A DNA stretch of 63,116 nt, counting the filler, from Rhabdomonas costata (lineage: Eukaryota), in assembly GCA_019059605.1 (NCBI GenBank). It is 38 parts of 38 records of this genome, joined end to end, with 100 filler letters (N's around TTAATTAATTAA, not from the genome) between each part and the next. Parts side by side here need not be neighbours in the genome. Positions count along the whole stretch, not along the records: positions 11,666 to 13,228 come from JAHMHO010012982.1; positions 13,329 to 14,891 come from JAHMHO010012983.1; positions 14,992 to 16,554 come from JAHMHO010012984.1; positions 16,655 to 18,217 come from JAHMHO010012985.1; positions 18,318 to 19,883 come from JAHMHO010012986.1; positions 19,984 to 21,546 come from JAHMHO010012987.1; positions 21,647 to 23,209 come from JAHMHO010012988.1; 31 more parts are not named here. One strand, 5' to 3'. The notes beneath the pieces were generated by a model that was not told the origin of the DNA, made no database searches, and saw nothing but the letters and a program-made list of their open reading frames with translations. The translations under genes were made by a program, and so were the position numbers. Shown in pieces: positions 12,116 to 23,205 of the stretch; position 1 is the stretch's first letter; each line of letters begins with the position of its first letter.

Positions 12116-12883
12116 TGGCAGCGCAATGCCACGACATGGGTGACATACTGCCCGGAGTGGAGCTCCGCCATCACGCGGGCCGAGCTGCGCTCGAAGCCTG
12201 AGCTGCAGGTCCGCCTGGAGCCCGATGGGGTCCTCCCCGCCGTGTACCACATCGTCTTCGCCACAGAGCAGATGATTAGCTTGCGCTCAGGTGCGCGGTG
12301 GCATTGTGACGCTTGCGTGCGCACGGTGAGGCTTTTGGGAGCTTCTTGGGCTACTTTTACTGGGATTCTGGGTCGCCAGCACAAGCTCAGGGTTGTCTGT
12401 TAGATCGAATCACCCCAGGACCCCAGGTGCGCATGGACGACGTGGTACTATGCCCGCCATTGCTTGTCCTGAGTTGAAGAGAAGTGCAGGGAGCCGGGGG
12501 TCAGGTGCAAAACATACAAGGGTCCAACCCCAACCCCAATCTGCTGCTCTCAGCCATGATCCCTATGTGAGACTCAGGAGGAGGAGGAGGAGGAGATGTG
12601 GGGCAAGAACAGGAGGGAAGTTTCGGGTTGGACGGGGTTGTGGTGTCAGGACGGGTTCGGCGGGTTCGCCGCAACCCTGAGACGAAGCGGTGGGAGTGGC
12701 AGTGCGACGATGGGGCGGCCTCCTGGAGGCCCTTCGCAGAGGGACTGCAGCCCAAGCTAACCTCTGCGGCCGCGGGAGGCCCCTCTGCTGTTCCTGGGCC
12801 AGGGCTATCTCACTACCGTCTCAGCGTGGACGTCGGTTACATCATCAACCTCAGGTCCAAGAAGCAGATGAACGTTTTCACAG
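12116..12883 (+). CDS. Tandem WWE-domain protein (Deltex/PARP-type), internal exons
   Basis: Exons 12116-12290 and 12650-12883 with a GT-AG phase-1 intron. They give WQRNATTWVTY...YHIVFATEQMISLRSG/RVRRVRRNPETKRWEWQCDDGAASWRPF...YIINLRSKKQMNVFTG, i.e. two WWE consensus units (WxW..D..WxPY...YxIDL..MxQxN..TG..RxVRR). Confidence 0.8.
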
Positions 12884-13458
12884 GTCGGCATTGTGTAACT
12901 GGACGGAGTTTCGCGTTTGACATATTCTTGTCCACGTACTACTCAAAGAGGCACCCGTGAATGGTAATTGTCGGCCGAGTATGCGGGTGAAGCCAGCTGG
13001 TCTAAGGGCCATACGCCTCACCGGCCATGCCTTGCGGATTTTGGGAATAAACGCTTTTAGCAGAGCAGGTCTTGCCCCACATACCATTGCGCATACTTTT
13101 GGCGTTAATGTGTGGGCAGGGCTGCCGGTGTCAGCGGACAGTTCCTCAGTCCCGCAGTCCCAGTGAGACAGGTAGCTGCGTGGGAAAATGCGTGGAAAGT
13201 CTCATCTCGCTGAGTCACCACAAACAAANNNNNNNNNNNNNNNNNNNNNNNNNNNNNNNNNNNNNNNNNNNNTTAATTAATTAANNNNNNNNNNNNNNNN
13301 NNNNNNNNNNNNNNNNNNNNNNNNNNNNGGGTTTGGTGCGCACATCGCCTGAGGCCCTGCTGCATTTGGATTCACCGGAGGGACGGACACCGCATCCACC
13401 TGTCACCTGCTGTCCTTTTGCGACGTGACCTCCGCTGTCTTCTGGCTTTTTTCTCCAG

Positions 13459-14252
13459 TTGCCGGATACCTGGAGCTTAAGCCGAAGGTATTCTATTTTT
13501 TTTTGCGCTCGCCAGGCTTGCCAGGTCGCCACAGTGCTGCATCGTGCGGCCCGGGAGCACGGCTTCGAGGCCCACATTGGAGTGGTGCACCGTCCGGCTT
13601 GGTACACCCCTGTGGGCTGCGACTCCCTGAAGGTGCTCCTGGTATGATATTGTCCCAAGCGCACTACCCTCCCCCTCCCGCATCCTCACTCGCTCCTTCT
13701 CTATTATGGAAAGATAATTGCTTGATTACGATAGGGCGCTGTTTGCTTTCCCTTTCCATGGATATATTTACCGCCGCCGCTATGACAGTCGGGCCTGGCC
13801 CCGAGGGCACCGAACAGGCTAATAAATTTCGAGGCATAGGAGTATTTGTTGGGTCATGTTTTGCCTATTAACTGCATCCCATGGGGCGTGTTTTCGTTCT
13901 AAGCCTATTTAAAGACTTTAATTCGGATCTTGAATGTCTCTGATCGTTAGTGTCCCTTTGTGCCGCTGTGCCAGTGTGGCTGCAACAATTGTGCCTGAGT
14001 TAAAATGGCTGGGGTTACCTTGTTCTTTCGGTATGAACTCTGTAGACTCTGTTTGCTCCTCGTTAGATCTCCCCATTCTAGGCGATTTTCTGCTTTCGGG
14101 CAGAAGAACGGCTTCTTTCGTGCCTCAAACGTACTTCCCGCTCCGGACCGTTCTCTCCTCCCCCGTTCGCGATCGCTCAGGTGCTGGGCTCCTTGGTGGG
14201 CCGAGCTCACCTTCTGGCGGCGCTGAACCAGACCTACAACACAAGCATCCTC
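13459..14252 (+). CDS. Degenerate class III cyclase-like domain, exons
   Basis: Exons 13459-13487, 13516-13641 and 14181-14252 give ...ACQVATVLHRAAREHGFEAHIGVVHRPAWYTPVGCDSLKVLL/VLGSLVGRAHLLAALNQTYNTSIL. This aligns to AC..A...RIG+..G...G......VLGxxVNxAxRL..LN..YxTxIL. Confidence 0.7.
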
Positions 14253-14991
14253 GTGGGTGACCCTTTATTTTCTGTGTTCGTCCTGTTTTCGTAATACACG
14301 GTCCAATTTCGTTTCTTGTTTTGAAAAAGACCAAGTCCCAAGCTCGAATTTCACAGAAGAGGGTTTTTGAAATGGAGATGAACTCAGCCTCTAAAATACC
14401 TCGGCAGTGCCCCGGAGAAGGGTATTGCATTTGAGGGGATGGGAGGGGGGAGGTCAGTTTGGTCAGCTCCTTTCGAGGCACATGCTTTTCCCGACCATCT
14501 TCCCCTCGAAATAAGATCAAGCCCGTCTGTGAGGGCGAAGCGGGCCCGGGGTCTATTTTAGGTACAGTGGGCCTCGTAAAACGCTGCGTAGGCCGGTCCT
14601 TGAACCCCCAGGCCCGTACCTCGAAATAAGGGACATTTTAAAAAACGCTCCAATAGGATCAGTTGTTACATTTGGTAACGGTCAGCTCCACACTCCACAC
14701 GGCAACGGGCTCCCGCACCCCTGGCACCCCTTCCCGGGCACCCAAGTGCTCCCGGCAGGCGAGGACCCCCCTGCGGCCGACCTCGTCAGCGCCCCAGCTC
14801 AGAAAAGAAAAAGGCCCTGGCGACCGGGACACCTCCCCGGCCCCTCGAGAGCGCGCGCGGACGCCCTGGCCTCCTCATAGCCACCACCAACNNNNNNNNN
14901 NNNNNNNNNNNNNNNNNNNNNNNNNNNNNNNNNNNTTAATTAATTAANNNNNNNNNNNNNNNNNNNNNNNNNNNNNNNNNNNNNNNNNNNN

Positions 14992-15969
14992 GTGTGTGTG
15001 TACTTCAGTGGGAAAACGGCGGTGCCCTACATTCTTGTTGGGTTTCGGCAGCAGCTGAGTAGTGGCCAGCAAGTGGTGATCATGAATGGAATGCGAACCG
15101 ATGGGTTCTCCGCCCAATTTCGCATGAATCTCACCGAAGGCAGCCGGTTGTATGCCATGGAACGGTCGGCCTCTGCATTGCTTCTTGCCGCCAGCCATGG
15201 CAGGGTCTACACCCTGCAAGGGAAACAGTCCGTGGGGGTTTCCGCCTTCCACAGCACAGACCCTGTCATTCGAGACAGTGCCGGAGTGCTGGTCGGCCAC
15301 GGCGGGGAACCATCATGGTGGCTCTCCACACCGCTTTACTCGATGCATAAGTTGTGTGATGGGGGGACTTATTTTATTGTGACCCAGCCGCTCACGGAAT
15401 ACGGGCTGAACTATGTCCTGGTGGGAGTGACACCCGAGGATACGATCATGAGCGCGGTGAAGCGGGCCACGCGGATCACGATTATCATTTGCTCGTTTCT
15501 CCTTGCTGGTGACGTTGTAATTGCGATTCTCCTGGCAATCCTTCTAGCGCGACCGCTGAGCAGAATGCACCGCGGTATGATGAACCTGGCAACGCTCAAC
15601 TTTGACAACACCAGCAGTGGCGACGAGGGCTGGGGACGCCGCCGCCGCCGCCGCCGCCATGGCATCGTTCAAGTGGATGCCGTTGAGACCGTCCTGAGAC
15701 GGCTCTCCAACGGCGTGCAGTCCTTTGCACAGTACGTCCCTGTGCCTCTCGTTCGGCACATTCTGAGCCAGCCCACTCGCAGCGGAGCCTTCATAGACCA
15801 CTGCGTGGTGACCGTGGCGTTCTGCGACTTGCAGAGCTTTCACCTGTACCACGAGATGTTGTCTCCGATGGAGCTGCTTCTGGTGCTCACACAGTTCTTC
15901 GACCTGATCTGCGAGGCCGTGAACGCAAACTTTGGCACTGTGGACAAGTACATCGGCGACTGTGTGATG
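14992..15969 (+). CDS. Receptor-type adenylate cyclase (sensor region - TM - HAMP - cyclase), partial
   Basis: A 978-nt open exon. It contains a hydrophobic helix ITIIICSFLLAGDVVIAILLAILL, a HAMP-like segment ARPLSRMHRGMMNLATL, then SFAQYVPVPLVR, and the cyclase motifs TVAFCDLQSF and GTVDKYIGDCVM. GT donor at 15970. Confidence 0.93.
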
Positions 15970-16894
15970 GTGCGTTAGCATTGCGTGTGATGTGCCCCTT
16001 GCTTTTTCGAGTCTTCCTCAACATACTTCCGAAGTTCTTGGCGGGAACTTTTCCAACGCTACAACCCTACGTTCTGTCATATTCAGATTTGCAGGTGGCG
16101 ACGGGTTGACATTCAATATTCTTTTTGTCTGCTCACGAAGAGCCAGGGGGAAAGCTTTTATTCGTTTACCACTTGATATGCGATGCATCCCTCTTGCTGC
16201 AACTTAAAACGCAACTCAACGTATCTGGTAGCTGGTGTTTCCTGGCACCGTGGTCCGTGTGATGCCCGTGGCATTGCAGCGCAGCACAACTGAATTAAAG
16301 CACCGCCCGCTACCACTTCGTTTAAGAATTTGGCCTGTAATGGTGTGTGCCCATCGTAAATTCGCTGTTCCCTTCGATGAATCTCGAAAGGTGTCACCAG
16401 GCTGTCGAGTCATTGGGGAACATTGGATTGCTTGCGTCAGGTGTTTCACTTACTTCTTGCTTTTCTGTTCCTTGTCCTCAAATGGTGAGGAAGGGATGTG
16501 GGCACCGGCAACCTCGCCAATCCGCCACCGCCCGCCACAGTCCCAGAGCTCAAANNNNNNNNNNNNNNNNNNNNNNNNNNNNNNNNNNNNNNNNNNNNTT
16601 AATTAATTAANNNNNNNNNNNNNNNNNNNNNNNNNNNNNNNNNNNNNNNNNNNNTTGTGTTGGTCCCTGCGGAGGAAAGCCGTTCTGTTTTTGCTTAACC
16701 GTGGTAAGTACGCTGAAGTGGGACATTTCAAACGGAGCAAACTGACGGAGCAGATTTAGTTCAAAGGCCAGCTCGAAGTCCCCGGAGCGGTGGCGGGGAA
16801 GTGCCATACCTGGGCAGTGAGCTGTGGCCTTGAGTGTGTGGGGGCATACAGAGTAATCCGAGCACATGCAGGCAGGAAAGCGGAAGAAAGCAAC

Positions 16895-18064
16895 CTGAGA
16901 CTGAGCACAGCGAGGTTGCCTTGGGCTGGGCGGAGGTGCCCCCGGGGCAGCCCGAGATCCCTGTCAGCACGGGGGATGGCACAAAGGAGACCAGCACATT
17001 GGTCTGCCTCGACAGCCGACCTTCGACCTGAAGGACGAACACAACACATAACAGACACACACACACACACACACAAAGCGAGTGGGTTCGATTGTGGGTG
17101 GGAGAATGAGTGAGTTAGTGAGTGCATCTGCCCTTCGCAATGCAATGCTGCGGAAACCATTGAACGGAACGGTGCTGGATGGTGCCTCCGGGGGGATAGA
17201 TGGGCGATGTTGTGGGCGATGTTGCCCATTGACAGTATGGAAAACAGCCTCCGTGACCGCTTCTCTGAGGCATGCAGACAACCTCTTCTACTTCTTACTA
17301 CTGCTGCAACTGCTTCTCTTTCCGCTACCAGGCAAATGCCATCAGGAAACAGGTCACGCTATCCCACCCAAACATCACTCACACACCACAATCCCAATCG
17401 CGATGTTCGCCCCGCCTCCGGTGAAGCCCAGGCACTGCGCCGTGGTGTCCGAGAGCACCGTGGCGGAGGTGCACTCGAAGTACGCGTCTCTGCCGCGCAC
17501 GCTGGCGTTGAAGAGCGCCCGCGAGGTGCCGTTCAGCGCGACCACGGAGACGCGACCCTTCGTGAGGAACCGCGTACCAGTGAGAGTCAGCACCTGGAGG
17601 CAAATTGATAATGGCGCAGCAACGTGGGGAGAAAGAGCTCCTTCAAAGGCGTTAGTCAGGAATATTGGGAGAAAGACATGGCTTTCAAACTGTCACACGC
17701 ACATATGCACACGGACAACGCGACAAATGGCTACCATTGCAAAAAAGAAATTTGCAGAAAAGATGATGGTGCGTTTACGCACGGGATTACAGGGTGCTTT
17801 TGGCAACCGTAACCAAACACGCATTTAACTCACACTTTTTTCGCTCTCCACAACACACCACGGAAGAAGGGGACGGGGAGGGGTGGAGAGGGTGCGGCGT
17901 ATGCCCACCTGACTTTGGTTGTTGGGCATGCACAGCACGGTCTGAGTGGGCTGGAGGTCCGTGCACCCCGAGACGCCCAGCAGCACGGGGTAAGGGTCCA
18001 CCAGGGTCACCACCACGGCCAGGTCGGCATCATTGGTCATGTTCCACATGTTAGTCACCCAAAC
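16895..18064 (-). CDS. IPT/TIG-repeat cell-surface protein, internal exons
   Basis: Exons 18064-17909, 17593-17387 and 17027-16895, GT-AG with phase-0 joins. Repeats read PVLLGVSGC...TVLC...VLTLTGTRF...C...SDTTAQC..GGGANIAIGIVVEGRLS...PVLTGISGC...TSLC. Confidence 0.8.
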
Positions 18065-18317
18065 CTGGCAACACCCACCACCTCAGGTCTCGCAACGCCG
18101 TGCTCACCAGAGCGAAAGAAACGTCATCGGAACACCCCGCGCCGCGCAGGCAAGGTTTCCGCCCATCCACAACATCCATTAAGAAAAAGGGATAACAAGG
18201 AGCTCCACTAGCGGGGANNNNNNNNNNNNNNNNNNNNNNNNNNNNNNNNNNNNNNNNNNNNTTAATTAATTAANNNNNNNNNNNNNNNNNNNNNNNNNNN
18301 NNNNNNNNNNNNNNNNN

Positions 18318-18830
18318 CGTCGCTCCCCACCATTTAAGGTGGTTCGCTCCTCTCCTCTTCACTCTTCTTCTTTCTTCACTCCCAGGGCCCCACGAAACGC
18401 AGTGAGTGGGGATTGGAGGCATTCGAGGACCCGAGAATGCCGACAGTAGGAATAGAGGTGAGCTAGCGTACCGACGTCAGTCGGGGAGCGAAGCGAACCA
18501 TTACTTTTAGGGAGTATACGACCGAATGCACATGAGGGCGTATACGACCGGCTTCTCTTCACTCTTGGGGGCCCCATGACCATCAGGGAGTGGGGATAGT
18601 AGGAGGGATGCCATCGACGCAAGGAGATGACATCCCGACATCAAGCATTCTACTCTCCTTGTCGTCTGCATGCTCAGTCCTTCGCATGCATCCTCTACTC
18701 CCTCTACCCCCTCACTCCACCACCATAAGGTGCTTACGTTCGGGAATCCATGCATTGACTACACTTGTCTCTTCACTCACTTCGCCACCATAAGGTGCCT
18801 CCGTTCGTTCCGACCTTGGCGAAGCCACGC
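18318..18830. repeat. Hairpin-dense, internally duplicated non-coding element
   Basis: Many short stems, including CCCCAC/GTGGGG 18388-18411, GGCATTC/GAATGCC 18418-18441, CCGAC/GTCGG 18471-18484, TGCATGC/GCATGCA, and CACC-ATAA-GGTG twice. TCTTCACTC occurs four times. Confidence 0.6.
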
Positions 18831-21800
18831 AGAACTCATCCCTTACGCTTAGACTTAGAAGGTGGTTGAAGGGTTAGGCATAAGCGTATCGGTATTGGCA
18901 TCGGTCTCAGCTTCAAGGCTACCACACCCCTCCGCTTCAACCTTAGCGTTACCTTTACGCTTACCCTTACACTCCTACCACTATACCCTTTACCTTCAGA
19001 GTGTGGACGTGATGCTAACCCTTGATGCTGATGCGGTGTTGTCGGGGTGTTGGACTGCACAAGGACTGACACACCGGTAAGAGTGATGCCCTGACACCGT
19101 ACCACCACCACCAACGCTACCACCACCAACAACAAGGCAAGCACAGAACGCGTAGACCATTAGTAATAGGGTAAGACACCCTACGTTGATGGCATACAGG
19201 CCCTGTGTCCAACCTCGAAGCAGAGGGATAGGGTGTAGCATGTGTGTTATGTGTAAGGTAAGAACGTAGAGGGTGGAACCATGTGGAAGGGTCGGTATGC
19301 CCAACGCAGCAAGGAACCAGGAACCTCCAACGCCAACCCTACACATAGCCATCACGTGACGTCTACTAACTGGGTAACCAAGCCCCAACGTTGGACAACC
19401 GCACGATGACCACATGTTCGTACCAACACCCCACACACCCGGACCTTCTACAAGATGTGTACGACCTGCGACGTCACCGTTGGAAGGAAGAGCGTGAAGA
19501 GGATGATACCACGGTCGTAGGTATGGCACGAAGCGTAGACAGCACACAAGCTGATGTAGGACTGACCCACCTTCTCCACGTGGTGCCAACAACCAACCTG
19601 AGCTCCATGCACGAACGCACTCCATCCCAACCGGTTGTCTCGCCCAGGTCTGACGCTGTACCATGACGTAGAAGGGACGCCATGACACCAACGCTGCACC
19701 AAGCTGACCGGACAACCTTCCAGCCCAAGAGAACCTTGCCCTCACACCCAGCGTAGTGGCTAGCACCCAACTCTACGGGACCAGTGAGTGTCTTAGCAGG
19801 GATACACGCAGCACCATCCAGTCGTAATGAGGACAAGAAGAAGCACGCGCGAAGAACCAGCACCGACGTGACAGCAGAAATCCNNNNNNNNNNNNNNNNN
19901 NNNNNNNNNNNNNNNNNNNNNNNNNNNTTAATTAATTAANNNNNNNNNNNNNNNNNNNNNNNNNNNNNNNNNNNNNNNNNNNNCGCCAACCCTGCTTTTT
20001 CCAACATCCACTTCGCCATCAGTAAGCTTTCAACAACCCCATCCTCCTTCGGCAGTTTGTCTGATACCCTCGACCACACACCACAAGCAGCACATCCCCA
20101 TCCTCATCACCATCCCCAAACGGCCAGCAACGCTTCTCCTGCACCCGTTCCCTTGCTCCAGGCGGAATGGATAGCATAGTTTCGAGTTCTCCATCCATGC
20201 GATCTCATTCCTGATGCGGCTTTGCGTTCCTGCCTTTTAACTGTGACTGGCGTCTTCTGGAAACTCCCCAGTGTGCGATCTTGACGTCAGGCCTTGAGCC
20301 TTCTTCGCCTCGTAGTCTCGAAACCATAACATTGTTCACCCCCAGTACCATCTCCGCAAAGAAACCCTCTTTCACAACAAAAGCGCATCAAACATATAGC
20401 AGCATATCCCACCATACCCATACCTCCAAACAACGTACCGGGTCCCCACCGAGACGCCGACGGAAGGGACACTTCGTAATTAATTGCAGCACCGACGCAG
20501 CCAAGAAAGGAGGGGCAGCAGGCACTACCTGCATTGCACCCAAATGCGGTGGCGGCAGCGCACTGATGTCGGCCCGCCATGCAGCCACATTCATGTCCGC
20601 TCTCCCTCCACAACTCACCAGCCACCCCACACAGACACCAGTACTATATCGACATCATCAATCAGTCAAAGAACCCACTTACACGCCACCGTATTTCTCG
20701 TTCTATCGTTCTGTTTCTCGTTCACATATAAAACCCTCTTCAAACGCGCCCATTGTTCCAGGCTTATCATCGCAAAATGGATCCGAAGCTCTTGGCTTTG
20801 ATTATTAGGTCACTAATTCGAAGGGAAAGTTTTCGATGTTAACACACTGCCAACTTTCAAGGTTTCGGATGAAGTGGAAATCGAAGACCACACACCAGAT
20901 CAGTACGAAGACCACACGGGGGACGCCCCGTCGGATCATCTATGACCCACTCCACAACACACAGTGGTAAAGCTCAAGAGGGAACGCAGTCTGTCGAAAT
21001 TTCCTCGCACAGACACGGGGAGGAACGTTAGAGCACCTGGGACTTGCACAATTAGAGGTGTTTGATCACACCACCTCCACCGAGATCCCAGTTCGGGTCA
21101 CGGAGGCAGGGCCTGTGCAACTGCGTCCAGCGAACCAACACCGGGCCCAGCAGTGGTTCCAACCACCGCGGACTGAATCGGGCATTGTCGCCACACTCCA
21201 CCACACACAACCACACCGGACATACTTCGAGGTGGCACCAGTAGGCAAAGCTAGTGATGCAACAAACGGACACCCCAGTCAGATCGCGAGCAACCACTGC
21301 GGAAACCCCGAGATTGGCCTCCGGGGCCCATTGGAACCACCAATTCGAAGCAAATAGTCCGGGTACAAAAACCAGCTTCTACGGCACAATCGAAGATGTC
21401 GATTCGTTTTAACCACTTTGTAGCACTCTTCAAGCGCCAGAAATCATCTCAGTCCGCGCAACAGCTTCAAGATCAAGTTCAAAGCCAGAAGCGCAGACTG
21501 GTGAGCCGACGGTGCGACATTTCATGCGGCGTTGCGACACCAACACNNNNNNNNNNNNNNNNNNNNNNNNNNNNNNNNNNNNNNNNNNNNTTAATTAATT
21601 AANNNNNNNNNNNNNNNNNNNNNNNNNNNNNNNNNNNNNNNNNNNNGTGTTTGGGGGGGTGGGGTGGCGGCAGAAATAATACCCGGCCCGCAAAGTTTTC
21701 AGTGGTGAAGAAGCGTGGGGCGCGCCAGAGAGCACACGCAACGGCTCTGCGCTGCAACCGCTGCACCGCAACGAGCCGATGCATTGCGGGGAGAAAAGGG

Positions 21801-23089
21801 GGTAGGAGTTGGTACGAAACAAGAAGAGCAAGAAGGACAGAAGCTTAAGATAATCTCAGGAGAACAAGGCGCTTTGCGACTCTGCCAGAAAAGAGCAGAA
21901 AACGTACCAGCAATGGTTTTCATAGATAGAGCAGCTCCAAGAGGAAAATTAAGCTCCCCTCACCCGAAAATAACCAACACTCACATCTTCCTCTCCGATT
22001 TCCCGAATTCTAAATTGCGCAATACATAGCTGCAGCCTGCTATTGGTGCAGATAATCGAATCGTCATCCAAGCACAAAGACATAAAACGCACAGAGTCAG
22101 CATTATCAGATGGAGAGAATTTAGGCGGAGGCATTGTCGTTTGGAAGCCGTAACTAACTCCCTCTGGGGACAGTAAGAAGACAGACAAAGCCAGGTCACT
22201 AGATCACAACGGGGTATGCTCAGAAGTATGCCCCCGGCAAGCCGCCTGGCACCCAAGAGCGTCGACAAGGCGGGTACGAATCAGAAGCACATTTTACAAC
22301 CAACGGCACGGCAGCAGCAGGGAAAAGGTGATCCAAGAAAGCTCACGGAGAGTTAGGCAAGTACACAAATCACTCGGGAATGAATCTCAAGGGAGGGACC
22401 AAGCACAGACGTAGCGAGGTACATATCACCGCAAAATTACAGGTATTCCCTGCAGCCAGGTCATACTTTGCGGTGAAAAGTATCACCTTCTTCGTGAGTT
22501 CTCGTGTGAACCGGAACAAAGACCCGTTACTCATCGACCAACGGAACGCCGCACATTGTGGGGACACCATGAAGGAGCGGCAGGGTAGAGGGACGGGGTT
22601 CAGCGCAACTCCTTACAGCGATGACCACGCCCCAGAGGCTGGGCTAGGTAGCTCCTGTGGAGGGCGAAGGGGCGCTTCCCGCCGTCGCTTTCTTGGCGGG
22701 CGCCTTCTTGGGCTTCAAGTCCAGATCTACTGCAAGGAACTCACGGGGCTCCACTGGGCTCACCCCATCCAGCATCAGCACCTTGAGGATGTAGTCTGTC
22801 TGCAGGTACAGGATGGGCTTCCCCAGAAGCCCTAGACTGGGCAGTGCCTTGATGGTGGGGCCGACCTCTCCGTGAGAGCCGTCCACGAAAACATGGGTGG
22901 CCTGCTCAACAGTTCTGGGTTCCAGGGTGAAGTCCTGCCCCCCCCCCCCCGAAAAAACAAGGTTGGACTGTAACAACGGAGCTAGGCTCTAACATTGAAA
23001 CATGAAAAATGCGAAGAAAAAAAAACTAAGCTTTCCAGTATTCGCTAATTCCCTTAGTGCTTGCACACCTCTAACGAAGTTAGGAAGGA

Positions 23090-23205
23090 GTGTGTGATAT
23101 GTGTGATAATCCTTATTATCAAGGTTGAATCGTGATTGCCAGTGGCCACATACAGAATCGGATTTGGCAACCTTGATAATAAGGATTATCACACATATCA
23201 CACAC
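23090..23205. repeat. Perfect 38-bp inverted repeat with 40-nt spacer (MITE-like or amplification fold-back)
   Basis: GTGTGTGATATGTGTGATAATCCTTATTATCAAGGTTG (23090-23127) and its exact reverse complement (23168-23205) at the contig end. Confidence 0.9.

Noticed and set aside
18377-18450. HDV-like or hammerhead ribozyme inside the structured element
   Set aside because: P3/L3/P1.1 or a CUGANGA core could not be assembled; kept only as an unexplained structure.
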